Positions 1-11,056 of a stretch of DNA of 64,000 nucleotides are shown piece after piece (the stretch's first letter is position 1; every line of letters begins with the position of its first letter). The notes under the pieces were generated by a model, which was not told the DNA's origin, made no database searches, and was given only the letters and a program-made list of their open reading frames with translations. The position numbers and the translations under genes were made by a program. Source of the DNA: an uncultured bacterium (lineage in GTDB: Bacteria > Oederibacteriota > PGYV01 > CAWJRG01); the NCBI GenBank assembly GCA_963845185.1, contig CAWJRG010000011.1, positions 32,001-96,000 on the forward strand, written 5' to 3'.

Positions 1-1247
1 CTTTCCCTTATGTCCATGGCAGTCATCACCGCCCTGAAAGAATCGTCGTCCTTGGGCGCAGGCACACCGTACACAGCCATAACGCAGTCGCCGACAAATT
101 TATCAAGCACGCCTTTCCATTTAAAAACTCTGTCGGTCTGCAGAGTCAGGTATTCATTGATTACGGACACTACCCATTCAGGCTCCAGGCTCTCAGACAT
201 TGCGGTAAATCCCCTGATGTCTGTGAACAGCATGGTTGCTTTTATCCTTTTTCCGTGCACGGACAATTTACTGGGGTCTTTCAGCAACTCGTTCATGACG
301 TCGCTGGAAACATATGTTGAAAAAGCCCCCTTTAAAAACTCTTTTTCTTTGAGGCTTTTTGCAGTTTCGTTGAAAACATTCGTGAGCAGTCCCAGCTCGT
401 CGCTGGTCTTTAATTTGATCGCTACGTCATAATTCCCGGCGCCTATGGCGCGCACGCCTTCCACGAGGTATTTTACCGGCCGTACGATTACATTGACAAG
501 GAATACGCATGCGGCTATCCCGAGCAGCAGCGCGATTATTGTTATAAGACCTATCTGGACCGCGGCAAGCGTCACTACTTTTGAAATTATGCTTCTGGAA
601 ATCGTGAGGTGGACCGCGCCTATCAAATAACGTTCCCCGTTTATCACTGTCGCTACAGGAACCGCGATATCAAAAAACTTCCTGCCGTCTTTTTCATAAT
701 CCTGTACCAGGACATCCTCTTCGTCTTTTAAGGCCCTGATGCCTCCCGGCAGCGCAAAAACTGAATTTGCCCTTCTCACGTCGTTTGCGGAAGCTATAGT
801 GCCGTTTTTCCTGACTATCACGGCTTCCAGTACGCCTTCATTTTTTATGGTTCCGGCCGCAGGTACGCCCGAAAAATTATTTTTTATGGTTAAGAGCAGG
901 TTGTGCGCGTTATTATCTTCCGCCTGGCTGCCGTTGCCGGCGGATTGCACTGCCTCTTTGGTAAGAATTGCAAGCGGCAGGTCGTCATTTTTTACAAGAG
1001 GGTCAGCTGCGTTGTTTGCTATGTTTTTTGCTATCGCTATGCCTCTTTCCTTAACTTCCTTTTCCAGGGCTCCACCTGCCCAGTTATAAATAAATACCGT
1101 CACTATTGCCATGATGGCGACAAGAAGCAGGCCTACAAAAAAGCTGAATTTCGCGCCCAGCGGGAAAATAACTTTTTGCCCGGAAACCGTGCTTTTTATT
1201 TCACCGGCGTCAGCGGTTGTTTTTGCAGTATTTTTCCTTACGGTCAT
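1..1247 (-). CDS. Membrane-bound class III adenylate/guanylate cyclase with HAMP domain (3' end runs off window)
   Basis: Not in the ORF track because it is open at the edge. Manual translation from ATG 1247 gives MTVRKNT..., an N-terminal TM segment (FSFFVGLLLVAIMAIVTVFIY), a second TM plus HAMP (DELGLLTNVFN), then cyclase motifs ATMLFTDIRGFTAMSE and VLDKFVGDCVMAVYG. Confidence 0.88.
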   Translation of the reverse strand, partial: MTVRKNTAKTTADAGEIKSTVSGQKVIFPLGAKFSFFVGLLLVAIMAIVTVFIYNWAGGALEKEVKERGIAIAKNIANNAADPLVKNDDLPLAILTKEAVQSAGNGSQAEDNNAHNLLLTIKNNFSGVPAAGTIKNEGVLEAVIVRKNGTIASANDVRRANSVFALPGGIRALKDEEDVLVQDYEKDGRKFFDIAVPVATVINGERYLIGAVHLTISRSIISKVVTLAAVQIGLITIIALLLGIAACVFLVNVIVRPVKYLVEGVRAIGAGNYDVAIKLKTSDELGLLTNVFNETAKSLKEKEFLKGAFSTYVSSDVMNELLKDPSKLSVHGKRIKATMLFTDIRGFTAMSESLEPEWVVSVINEYLTLQTDRVFKWKGVLDKFVGDCVMAVYGVPAPKDDDSFRAVMTAMDIRE

Positions 1248-1268
1248 TTGTTTTTATCCTTCATTTCT

Positions 1269-3059
1269 TCATTTGTTCCCCGGATTTTTCTTTTCAAAAC
1301 CCTGTATGGCTTTCTGCTTGCTGCGCGCGTCTTCGATGTAGCGTTTTACTTTCAGCATATAATCGCTCTTCGGGTCCAGTTCCTCGATATTCTTCCAGTA
1401 TACAATCGCCGCGTCGAGGTTCCCGTCGGTGTATTTTTCAATGCCCTTGTAGTAATAATCCTTTATTTTCAGGGAAATAAGGTCTTTTAATGTGGCCAAC
1501 ACGTCGGTTGCGTCCTTGTATGCCGGGCACGTAAGGGAAATATTCCTTAATTTTTTTATGCCTTCGACCATTGAAGTGTCTTTTGCAACATCGGCTCTTG
1601 CCTTTATAAGCCCTTCCTGAATTTCCTGTTGTTTTATCCTTGTCCTGTCTATGTACTGTTTCATCTTCCGGTTATCGGGGTCCTTTTCCAGGCCCGCCTG
1701 CCACGATTTTATCGCGCTTGTATATTCGCAGTTGTTATAATATTTCAGCCCTTCCTTAAAATATTTTTCAGCCGGTTTCGACATGCCTTTGCTTACCTTG
1801 AGTTCCAGCGCGTCGTCCAGCCATATGTCTATATCCTTGAACCCCGGGTTGAGCTTCTTTACCTGTTCCCATTTTGTTACTGCCTTATCGTACTGGAAAT
1901 TTGAGTAAAATCCCATGCCCTCGTCGAATATTTTCTGCGCCTTTCGAAAGCCGCCCATGCCCTGTTTCATCCTGTCTGCTTTCGCTATTGCCTCGTCAAT
2001 GCCCGCGTAATCAGGCGACATTTCCTTTGCCTGTTTCCATTTGTCCAGCGCACCGGCATAATCGCCCGCGTCAAAAAGCTCCTGTCCGTCCCTGTAATAC
2101 TGGTAAGCCAGGAATTCCGAAAGTTTCCGGTAATTATCCTTTTCCTTCTGTTCCGGGCTCTCGGTCATGAATTTCACGCTTACAAGGTGCGTCATGCCGA
2201 GCTCGCCGATCGACGTGAAGGCGTAATCGAAATTAATCTTGTCAATGACTATCCCTACCCCCGCGTTTATCCCGGATAGCCCTCCTGTCACGCTGTTTTC
2301 GCTTTTCAGCTTGTAACCGAGCCTTAATGTGAACATCCTGTATATTGTGTACTCTGCGCCCAGGGAAAAAGACGCACCAAAAGCTCCGGAATAATCTGCA
2401 TCCGCGTCCGCCAGCACGTCGTGCGTGTCTGTATTCAAAATATGCGCCCCTGCGCCGATCCTGATATTTCCCGGCGCCATTGAGCCTGACCCGAAATCAA
2501 TGTTCTGTAAGTCCAGGCCGAAAGTAAATATGTCCCCAGTCCTGGCGAGCAGGCCGATGTCGAGCAAAATGCCGGATATGTTCTCCGTGTCTATTGCGAG
2601 GTTTACGAATTTTGCCGCTATGCCGGCCGACATAAAATCAGCGACATGGCAGCCGTAACCTATTCCGCCTATTATATTTGAAGAGCTCAGTGACTTGTTC
2701 AGGTCAACCCCGTAATTGTCCCTTTGTTCAAAGGACCCGAAATCCATGTACATAAATTCCGCGGCAATGGTGCCGTAGCCGACAGGCAGCGCCGCATTCG
2801 CGTACTGGAAGGAAGAGTCAAGTATCCACTTGTCGTATGCAAGGTCAGCCTCAATCATGTTCACATTTGCCAGGCCTGCCGGGTTCCAGTACATTGCCGA
2901 TGCGTCCTGCGCTATGCCTGTAAAAGCGCCTCCCATGCCGACCGCGCGGGTGCCGATGTCGACATCAAGCGCGGGAAACCTCTGCGAATCCGCTGCTGTG
3001 ATTTGCAAAGGGATTATTAAAAAAGCCGCTATTATAACTGTGATTGCCGGTTTTTTCAT
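1269..3059 (-). CDS. PorV/PorQ-like (UPF0164/FadL-type) outer-membrane barrel fused to C-terminal TPR repeats
   Basis: Signal peptide; GTRAVGMGGAFTGIAQDASAMYWNPAGLA motif; barrel ending ELGMTHLVSVKF; then several TPR-like units (YYRDGQELFDAGDYAGALDKWKQAKEMSP). Confidence 0.8.
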   Translation of the reverse strand: MKKPAITVIIAAFLIIPLQITAADSQRFPALDVDIGTRAVGMGGAFTGIAQDASAMYWNPAGLANVNMIEADLAYDKWILDSSFQYANAALPVGYGTIAAEFMYMDFGSFEQRDNYGVDLNKSLSSSNIIGGIGYGCHVADFMSAGIAAKFVNLAIDTENISGILLDIGLLARTGDIFTFGLDLQNIDFGSGSMAPGNIRIGAGAHILNTDTHDVLADADADYSGAFGASFSLGAEYTIYRMFTLRLGYKLKSENSVTGGLSGINAGVGIVIDKINFDYAFTSIGELGMTHLVSVKFMTESPEQKEKDNYRKLSEFLAYQYYRDGQELFDAGDYAGALDKWKQAKEMSPDYAGIDEAIAKADRMKQGMGGFRKAQKIFDEGMGFYSNFQYDKAVTKWEQVKKLNPGFKDIDIWLDDALELKVSKGMSKPAEKYFKEGLKYYNNCEYTSAIKSWQAGLEKDPDNRKMKQYIDRTRIKQQEIQEGLIKARADVAKDTSMVEGIKKLRNISLTCPAYKDATDVLATLKDLISLKIKDYYYKGIEKYTDGNLDAAIVYWKNIEELDPKSDYMLKVKRYIEDARSKQKAIQGFEKKNPGNK

Positions 3060-3072
3060 TTGCTTCCTGCCG

Positions 3073-6000
3073 TTATTTTTTAATTATAAATTTGTTAAGC
3101 TTGTACTTTGTCACAGCGCCTGAATCTGCTTTTGCGCTGATAAAATAATAATACGGCCCTGCTTTTAACTTTGTGACATTGACAGTCATTTTTGCAGTGT
3201 CGGACGCCGGGACCCTGCCGGATTCCCTGTCAGCGAGGTTTCCGGCGATGTCAAAAATGCTTATTGTTACGTCTGAGTCTTCATTCAGCGTAAACATGAA
3301 AGTCGCGGTATTCTGCGCCGGTATCGGGTAAACAATGGAGTCGTTGCTTCCCGGAGCGCTTGCGCCCGGTGTAACTGTCGGAGACACGACCAGGGTTGTC
3401 ACCTTCATCGCTGTTATATCAAATGTCCCGCCTTGCGGGCAATTAACAGTGGCGTTCGGCGAACCCGGCGGGCTCAGGTAAGTGCTCCCATACACACCGG
3501 CATAGTCATTGATTTGCCAGCTTGTAAGGATCCCGGTGTTACTTTCGTCTACAATAACATAAATATAATATTTACCTGGAAGTACGGATACATTATAGGA
3601 TATCTGGTTCCCGTTTGTTGTGCCTCCTGTTGACCCTGCCGTGCCGTTTCCCACGTTAAAATCAGTGTCAACATAAAGCACCCACGCCGTGCCTGTCGAT
3701 GCAGCAGGCAGTGTGATAGTGCCGCTTATTCCGCACGGGGGCGTAGTGGGCGTGACTGTCACCGTCATAGTGTAAGTTGGTGTCGAAGAAACTGTGTATG
3801 TCTGGGTTATTGTAGGTGATTTTGTTGAAGTCGGAGTGTATGTTTCCGTGATTGTGACGGTAGAGGAAAATGTCGGCGTCTTTGTGTATGTGGGCGTGGC
3901 CGAGACTACAGGAGATAATGTGGACGTGGGGGTTATCGTACCTGTTGCGAGGTTCACCTGCCATGTGCTGCCTGTGTCGTAAACATTGCCTGCAGAATCG
4001 GTTAAAATCACGTCTATAAAATGCGCTGACCCGGCGCTTTGCTGGCTCGCGGGAAGCTGGAACTGGTATTTCCTCGTGTTGTTTCCAAGGTCCACGTATG
4101 ACATGCCTGTAACTGCGGTGCTGTCGGAATCTATTGTGACTGTCCCAAGCCCTGAGCCCAGCGCATAGTCGCCGGCAGTCACATATAAGTAGTCAGTGCC
4201 GTTTACAAGCAGCCCCTGCTGGCATGGTATCATGTAACCATCGTAGGGCCTGAACTTGTCTTTTGACGGGTCAATTGTCATGTTAAAATTCTGGTTTACC
4301 AGCGGAGAAGTGCTTAGCTGTGTGTCTATATCCGAAGTTAAAAAATATTGCCCCGACGCCCTGATTTTAATGTTGTAAGCCGTACCACTTATCAAATATG
4401 CCGAGCTTGAGTACTGGTCATTGCCGTGGCACATGTCGTAAAATTTGTAATTCCCGCCGCCTGTATCGTACATCAGCTCCACTTGTGCGTTGCTGTCATA
4501 AGGCGACACAGGTCCGCCGTTAAAAAGCATTGAGCCTGATACTGAAATGCCGGCGGTTATTGTAAGCGCGTTTCCTGCTGTCCCTGACATCACATTGTAA
4601 TCCCACGCCATGAATACCGGATTGCCGTTGTTGTTAATGCCCTGCAGGGCTGCGAGGTCGTAGTACTGAAAAACAGGCGGTACCGAAATGTTGAAATTTC
4701 CCGACGTGTCGCACATCGCGACATATGCAAGCACGTTACTGTTCATTATATCCGCCGTGCCTGTAACAATTGCCACAACCGCTGTCTCGGTCAGGATTAA
4801 TCCTGAACCTGTGTTGTCAATCACGGTCCCTGATATGAAAGTCACAGGGTTTGGCCCTGTCAAATTCAGGACTGTATTTCCGGATATTGTCTGGTTCAGT
4901 ACAGGCAGTATTATTGACGGCCCGTCGCCTGCATAAAAGTCATAATTTCCGGCAGGAAGGTTATTTATGGCATAGTTACCCCCGGTCGTCGTTACCGAGT
5001 AATAACTCCTGAAAGGGTCGTCCCCGTTCTTGTTATTTCCTGCAATCATAACGCTGACCCTGCTTCCGTTTGGCAGCGCCGGGCTGGTAGAGCCGTTCAC
5101 TGTGTACCCTGCTCCTATATTATAATTGACAGTTGTATTAAACCCGTCCCTCACGTTCACGTTCGCAGTGCAGCTTACAGCCAGGTTTGTTCCATAGCCG
5201 CTGTGGGGCTGCACCCATATCCAGTAATTGCCCGGCGCCAGGTTGTGAAAACCATACGCGGTGTTTGTGCTGCCTACGTAATAACCGTTGCTTCGGCTTG
5301 AGTAATTCGAATACATGGACATGTCCACGTTGTAAGCCGCGTTTATGGCGCCAATTACCACGCCTTCTTTATAAACATTAAAATTATAACCCGGCAGTGT
5401 TTGTCCCGCAGTTGTCAGGGTTATTGCAGGAGAAACCGTGTATGGGGTTATCCCGTATGCGTAATCAGCCGCGCAGCCGGGATACCATTGCCTGACCGCG
5501 TCCAGCTCACTTACTGCCAGTCCGACAGGCAATGTCAAAGTGTACGCTCCCGAAGCATTGCTGTTGCCATTTGAAATGTTTGTCCCGTTTGAGTCCCGTG
5601 CAGCCACCTGCACGTTTGACAACCCGCTTGCCCCTACCCCGACTAAATTAAGCGTGCCCGATATTGTTCCTGAACTCATTATGTCGGTATTTACCGTATA
5701 GGGCAAAGTCTGGGAATAACTATTGTTATTTGTGCTTCTTATTTGTATAAGAAAATTGTTACTCCCCGCTAGATTCCACTGTGTCATGTCGCAGTAAACC
5801 GTGGCTGTATTGCCGCTGTTTGCCCAGCTGTCGCTCGACCATTGCCAGTTGCTGCCATTGTTGAAATACAATGTTATTCCATAACTTAAGCTGTTGCTTG
5901 TGCCCGGCACATAAAGCCTTACCCTTAAAATGTCATTATTTAAGGCAGCCGGCGCGGTGAATGTATAGTTATCCAGGTCGTTTCCTGACGCAATGTATCC

Positions 6001-6168
6001 TGTCCCTGTCTGGTTGAAAGGTATCGGCGCTGCTGTACTTGTGGTGTCGTTTTGCCCTGTCTGGTACGACGCTTCAGAATACGGTGGTAGATTAGCTTCT
6101 GTCCATGCGAATAAAGCCGTATAAGATAGTAGTATGAGAACAGCTGTAAACAGCAATCTTTTTTGCAT
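3073..6168 (-). CDS. Large secreted protein with beta-sandwich repeats, Thr/Pro-rich linker and T9SS-type C-terminal sorting-like domain
   Basis: Signal peptide; carboxypeptidase-regulatory/Ig-like segments; TITPTSTLSP...TPT linker; C-terminus VYPIPAQN...ISIFDIAG...KLKAGPYYYFI...KFIIKK. Confidence 0.7.
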   Translation of the reverse strand: MQKRLLFTAVLILLSYTALFAWTEANLPPYSEASYQTGQNDTTSTAAPIPFNQTGTGYIASGNDLDNYTFTAPAALNNDILRVRLYVPGTSNSLSYGITLYFNNGSNWQWSSDSWANSGNTATVYCDMTQWNLAGSNNFLIQIRSTNNNSYSQTLPYTVNTDIMSSGTISGTLNLVGVGASGLSNVQVAARDSNGTNISNGNSNASGAYTLTLPVGLAVSELDAVRQWYPGCAADYAYGITPYTVSPAITLTTAGQTLPGYNFNVYKEGVVIGAINAAYNVDMSMYSNYSSRSNGYYVGSTNTAYGFHNLAPGNYWIWVQPHSGYGTNLAVSCTANVNVRDGFNTTVNYNIGAGYTVNGSTSPALPNGSRVSVMIAGNNKNGDDPFRSYYSVTTTGGNYAINNLPAGNYDFYAGDGPSIILPVLNQTISGNTVLNLTGPNPVTFISGTVIDNTGSGLILTETAVVAIVTGTADIMNSNVLAYVAMCDTSGNFNISVPPVFQYYDLAALQGINNNGNPVFMAWDYNVMSGTAGNALTITAGISVSGSMLFNGGPVSPYDSNAQVELMYDTGGGNYKFYDMCHGNDQYSSSAYLISGTAYNIKIRASGQYFLTSDIDTQLSTSPLVNQNFNMTIDPSKDKFRPYDGYMIPCQQGLLVNGTDYLYVTAGDYALGSGLGTVTIDSDSTAVTGMSYVDLGNNTRKYQFQLPASQQSAGSAHFIDVILTDSAGNVYDTGSTWQVNLATGTITPTSTLSPVVSATPTYTKTPTFSSTVTITETYTPTSTKSPTITQTYTVSSTPTYTMTVTVTPTTPPCGISGTITLPAASTGTAWVLYVDTDFNVGNGTAGSTGGTTNGNQISYNVSVLPGKYYIYVIVDESNTGILTSWQINDYAGVYGSTYLSPPGSPNATVNCPQGGTFDITAMKVTTLVVSPTVTPGASAPGSNDSIVYPIPAQNTATFMFTLNEDSDVTISIFDIAGNLADRESGRVPASDTAKMTVNVTKLKAGPYYYFISAKADSGAVTKYKLNKFIIKK

Positions 6169-6294
6169 TTATTCCCCTTTCTTTTCGTAATGCCTTATAT
6201 AAATACTATTGCAAAATTATAGCATATAATTGTATATTTTCAAGATACTTATAAATTGATTTTGCAGCATCAATATTGAATTACCTCCGGCTTC

Positions 6295-7921
6295 CAGACT
6301 GTGTCATAAGTCTCCGTCCACAGCTGATTGCCGTAGGTAAATTAAAAAAATCTACAAAATATCCTGTTTTATACAAAAAACCTGCGTGGCCCGATGTTTC
6401 TTGCTATCCAAGCTGCGCAATCAACTCCCTGACACCTACAATGCTTATCATTCGAGCCATATTGAAACAACTTGTGAACAACGCCATCTCAGCTCTTGCT
6501 CCTTCAAGCCCTCGCAGCAGAAACCCGCTTACTCCAAGATTTCTTTTAATATGTCCGAACGGCAACTCTGCTTTCTCTTTTCTCAACTTGAAAATATCCT
6601 GCGATTCTTTTGTTTTATATTTTTCTTCAAGCAATATTTTTAGTTCTTCGTTTTTTAGCCTCTTTATCATTCTGCCCTTCGGAGACCGGGTGCATACTCC
6701 AAAGTTTTTACATTCTATACAAGCCTTTTCTTCAGTAGACCTATATACTTCAAGATTCTTTTTTTTATCAAAACTATGCCATGTCAATATCTGTCCTTCG
6801 GGACAAGTGTAGGTATCTTTCTCTGAATCGTATTGGAATTTATCTTTCCCAAACGGCCCGATGTCTTTTTTCTCTACCTGTTCCTGAGAAGGTACTATTA
6901 CATTTATGTCTTTGTCGTGTATCTTTTTCATTTCTTCTATGCTGGCATATCCGGCATCCCCGCGTTTTTGCATTTGTTTTCAACTGTTTTCGCCGCTTCT
7001 TCAATCTGACTCCCGAATTGCTTGCGGTCATTGCTTTCGTTTACTACGTCGCTATGCACTATCAGTCCGTGTCTTTCATCTACCACTATCTGCCCGTTAT
7101 ATCCCGCATGCGTTCCCTGACGCCCTTTTACTTTCACGCATTCCTTGTCTGTCGTATTTATCGACTTTTTCCCCTCGTTCCTTATTTCTTCCATTACCTC
7201 TTTTATCTTTGCTTTTAATTTCTCTTTGCCTCTTAATTTTTCCTTCATCTTTACCAGTGATTCAGCGCCGCTTTCTTCCTCGTCTATCTTTTCGCTCTCC
7301 TTTATTATCGCTTCTATGTTTTCTTCTATCTTCTTTATCCTTTTTTCACACCGCTCCATTGTCCATGTGTTATTTATCGACGCGTTCGCCCTTATCTTGC
7401 TCCCGTCTACAAATAGCGTGTTTCCTTCTATCAATCCCAGTTTCATACACATCTTTGCGCTTTGTTTCATCACGTTTTTCAACATTTCCCGGTTGTCTTT
7501 TCGAAACCTTGCTATTGTTTTATGATCCGGCTTCAATCCTCCCAGCAGCCACATAAAAGACACATTATGATGCGTCGCTCTTTCCAGTTTTCTCGAACTT
7601 CGTGTCCCGTATGAATATCCGTATACCAGCAATTTTATCATAGCCTCAGGGTCGTATTCCAAATTTCCCATTTGCGTTTCATCTATTACTATCCCAAGTT
7701 CTTCCATTTTCAACGCCTTTACGAACGCGTCGTACGCCCTTACAGGATCATCTTCCCCTACATATTCTTCTATGCTCTGCGGAAACATTGTCAACTGACT
7801 TCGGTCTCCATATCGGTATGCCATTTTTGTCTCCTTTTCTGATGTGTTTTCTGGAGACATTATACCATTTTTTATCTGTCAAATATCGTTTCAGACTACA
7901 AAAACATTATGACACAGTCTG
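6295..7921 (-). mobile_element. IS1182-family insertion sequence, copy 1 (1627 bp)
   Basis: Terminal inverted repeats CAGACTGTGTCATAA / TTATGACACAGTCTG; appears identical to 9430-11056 in inverted orientation; transposase motifs YGY...SSRKLE, PDHKTIARFR, VDGSKI, GYNGQ. Confidence 0.93.
6404..7824 (-). pseudogene. IS1182 transposase split by a -1 frameshift (ORFs 6937-7860 and 6404-6973)
   Basis: Likely start MAYRYG at 7824 after AAGGAG; the frame changes immediately before the DAGY catalytic motif. Confidence 0.8.
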
Positions 7922-8065
7922 GAAGTAGGAGGATTCTAAAACTTCCCCCGCCTCTACCGGGGGGATTTTCGCGGAGTGGGAGTAAATTAAAAAAGTTGAC
8001 TTTGTAACTAAATAAGGGCTAAAATGCAATAAAGATTTTGCTAAAACGCAAACAGAAAGGCAATT

Positions 8066-9409
8066 ATGCGGAATTTCAGCCTTACTTTGAAATCTACAGT
8101 TAATAAAGCCGTGTACATATTATTTTTTTTCTATGGAATTTATTTCCTTGCAAAATACGGGCTGATTCTCAACGAGCAGGGATTAAAATACGCCTTTGCA
8201 GCTTTCTGGCAAAGGCGCGAATCCTGGATAGTGATCTCCTATTGCATTGCCCTGGCCTATACTGCATGGATAATCATTAATTTTTTTACATTGAAACCAG
8301 GAACAAACCGCGGCAATGAAACACTCTTAAAAACCGCTTCCTGTATTTTTATTGCTGCATTCATGATACGGGTTGTTCCCTCAATGTTCGTCTTCGGGCC
8401 CGACTCGGATATGTGCGTGTTTCAAAGAGTCCAGCATTTGACCCTTGATGCCCACGACTGGAAGAGTCCCGTTGAATCAATGCCTTATTTCTATTTCCAG
8501 GTTTATATCCTGCATTTTGCCGGCTGGGTTTCGGCAAAATTTCATCTTGCCCCGTATTTTATTATAAAGCTTCCGGTCATTACCGCGGATTCGCTTATCG
8601 CTGCATTCATTTTTATCCGCACAAAGGACAAGGCCATGGGTTTAATGTACATGTGGAACCCCGTAACCATATTAATCAGTTCTTTCCACGGCATGTTTGA
8701 TTCCGAAACCCTTTTATTGATACTCGCCTGCATATTTATATTTGAAAAAAAGTATTCGTTCTTCATTTTAGGGGCAATGTTCGGCCTTGCTTTCCAGAGC
8801 AAAATATGGCCGCTTGTTTTGCTGCCCGTATTCCTTATGCGCATGAAATCCGGGGATATAGCCAGGTTTCTTCTGGCCTGGGCAGTTGTATTTGTCCTGC
8901 TTTCAATGCCCAATATTTCCAATATGTATTATTATTTTCACGTGCTGAATTACAGCTCCCTTGACGGCTGGTGGGGCATAACCGGGCTATTTTTTGTTTT
9001 ATTTAAAAAAATATTAAGCCTGGGCGCGGCATATGACGCCGTCGTAATATTTTCAACATTGCTGTTTTTGGCTACAATTTCATATGGGTATTATACTGCC
9101 AGGAAAAAAAATATTATGGAAGCCGTTACGCTGGTTATAATTACTTTTTATGTATTTACCCCCGGTTTTGGCGTACAGTATCTCTTATGGTGTGTCCCTT
9201 TACTGATAATCAGCGGGAAATTCGGCAGGTCCGTTGTTGAAAGCTGCATCTTTTATCTGGTTTTCGCCTATTTTTTTAATATTTTATATCATTGTGAGAA
9301 AGCAATTGGAGCGGCATTTGATGTCAAGCCTTTGTTTGTGCTGGCTTCTTTTCCTGCCTGGCTGGGATTTTGCCGGATGTTATATGCAGGCCGGCGCAAA
9401 GCATCTTAA
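8066..9409 (+). CDS. Multi-pass GT-C fold glycosyltransferase (GT87/PIG-M/DUF2029-like)
   Basis: Many TM segments; motifs DSD, IKLPVITAD, WNPVTILISSFHGMFDS, LAFQSKIWP, QYLLW. Confidence 0.7.
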   Translation: MRNFSLTLKSTVNKAVYILFFFYGIYFLAKYGLILNEQGLKYAFAAFWQRRESWIVISYCIALAYTAWIIINFFTLKPGTNRGNETLLKTASCIFIAAFMIRVVPSMFVFGPDSDMCVFQRVQHLTLDAHDWKSPVESMPYFYFQVYILHFAGWVSAKFHLAPYFIIKLPVITADSLIAAFIFIRTKDKAMGLMYMWNPVTILISSFHGMFDSETLLLILACIFIFEKKYSFFILGAMFGLAFQSKIWPLVLLPVFLMRMKSGDIARFLLAWAVVFVLLSMPNISNMYYYFHVLNYSSLDGWWGITGLFFVLFKKILSLGAAYDAVVIFSTLLFLATISYGYYTARKKNIMEAVTLVIITFYVFTPGFGVQYLLWCVPLLIISGKFGRSVVESCIFYLVFAYFFNILYHCEKAIGAAFDVKPLFVLASFPAWLGFCRMLYAGRRKAS

Positions 9410-9429
9410 ACTGGAGCCCCACGGGCAAA

Positions 9430-11056
9430 CAGACTGTGTCATAATGTTTTTGTAGTCTGAAACGATATTTGACAGATAAAAAATGGTATAATGTCTCCAG
9501 AAAACACATCAGAAAAGGAGACAAAAATGGCATACCGATATGGAGACCGAAGTCAGTTGACAATGTTTCCGCAGAGCATAGAAGAATATGTAGGGGAAGA
9601 TGATCCTGTAAGGGCGTACGACGCGTTCGTAAAGGCGTTGAAAATGGAAGAACTTGGGATAGTAATAGATGAAACGCAAATGGGAAATTTGGAATACGAC
9701 CCTGAGGCTATGATAAAATTGCTGGTATACGGATATTCATACGGGACACGAAGTTCGAGAAAACTGGAAAGAGCGACGCATCATAATGTGTCTTTTATGT
9801 GGCTGCTGGGAGGATTGAAGCCGGATCATAAAACAATAGCAAGGTTTCGAAAAGACAACCGGGAAATGTTGAAAAACGTGATGAAACAAAGCGCAAAGAT
9901 GTGTATGAAACTGGGATTGATAGAAGGAAACACGCTATTTGTAGACGGGAGCAAGATAAGGGCGAACGCGTCGATAAATAACACATGGACAATGGAGCGG
10001 TGTGAAAAAAGGATAAAGAAGATAGAAGAAAACATAGAAGCGATAATAAAGGAGAGCGAAAAGATAGACGAGGAAGAAAGCGGCGCTGAATCACTGGTAA
10101 AGATGAAGGAAAAATTAAGAGGCAAAGAGAAATTAAAAGCAAAGATAAAAGAGGTAATGGAAGAAATAAGGAACGAGGGGAAAAAGTCGATAAATACGAC
10201 AGACAAGGAATGCGTGAAAGTAAAAGGGCGTCAGGGAACGCATGCGGGATATAACGGGCAGATAGTGGTAGATGAAAGACACGGACTGATAGTGCATAGC
10301 GACGTAGTAAACGAAAGCAATGACCGCAAGCAATTCGGGAGTCAGATTGAAGAAGCGGCGAAAACAGTTGAAAACAAATGCAAAAACGCGGGGATGCCGG
10401 ATATGCCAGCATAGAAGAAATGAAAAAGATACACGACAAAGACATAAATGTAATAGTACCTTCTCAGGAACAGGTAGAGAAAAAAGACATCGGGCCGTTT
10501 GGGAAAGATAAATTCCAATACGATTCAGAGAAAGATACCTACACTTGTCCCGAAGGACAGATATTGACATGGCATAGTTTTGATAAAAAAAAGAATCTTG
10601 AAGTATATAGGTCTACTGAAGAAAAGGCTTGTATAGAATGTAAAAACTTTGGAGTATGCACCCGGTCTCCGAAGGGCAGAATGATAAAGAGGCTAAAAAA
10701 CGAAGAACTAAAAATATTGCTTGAAGAAAAATATAAAACAAAAGAATCGCAGGATATTTTCAAGTTGAGAAAAGAGAAAGCAGAGTTGCCGTTCGGACAT
10801 ATTAAAAGAAATCTTGGAGTAAGCGGGTTTCTGCTGCGAGGGCTTGAAGGAGCAAGAGCTGAGATGGCGTTGTTCACAAGTTGTTTCAATATGGCTCGAA
10901 TGATAAGCATTGTAGGTGTCAGGGAGTTGATTGCGCAGCTTGGATAGCAAGAAACATCGGGCCACGCAGGTTTTTTGTATAAAACAGGATATTTTGTAGA
11001 TTTTTTTAATTTACCTACGGCAATCAGCTGTGGACGGAGACTTATGACACAGTCTG
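9430..11056 (+). mobile_element. IS1182-family insertion sequence, copy 2 (1627 bp), 3-bp AAA target duplication
   Basis: Same IRs as copy 1; flanks ...GGGCAAA|IS|AAAGCCC... Confidence 0.93.
9527..10947 (+). pseudogene. IS1182 transposase split by the same -1 frameshift (ORFs 9491-10414 and 10378-10947)
   Basis: Translations identical to copy 1; shift at AAC GCG GGG ATG / GAT GCC GGA TAT near 10390. Confidence 0.8.
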
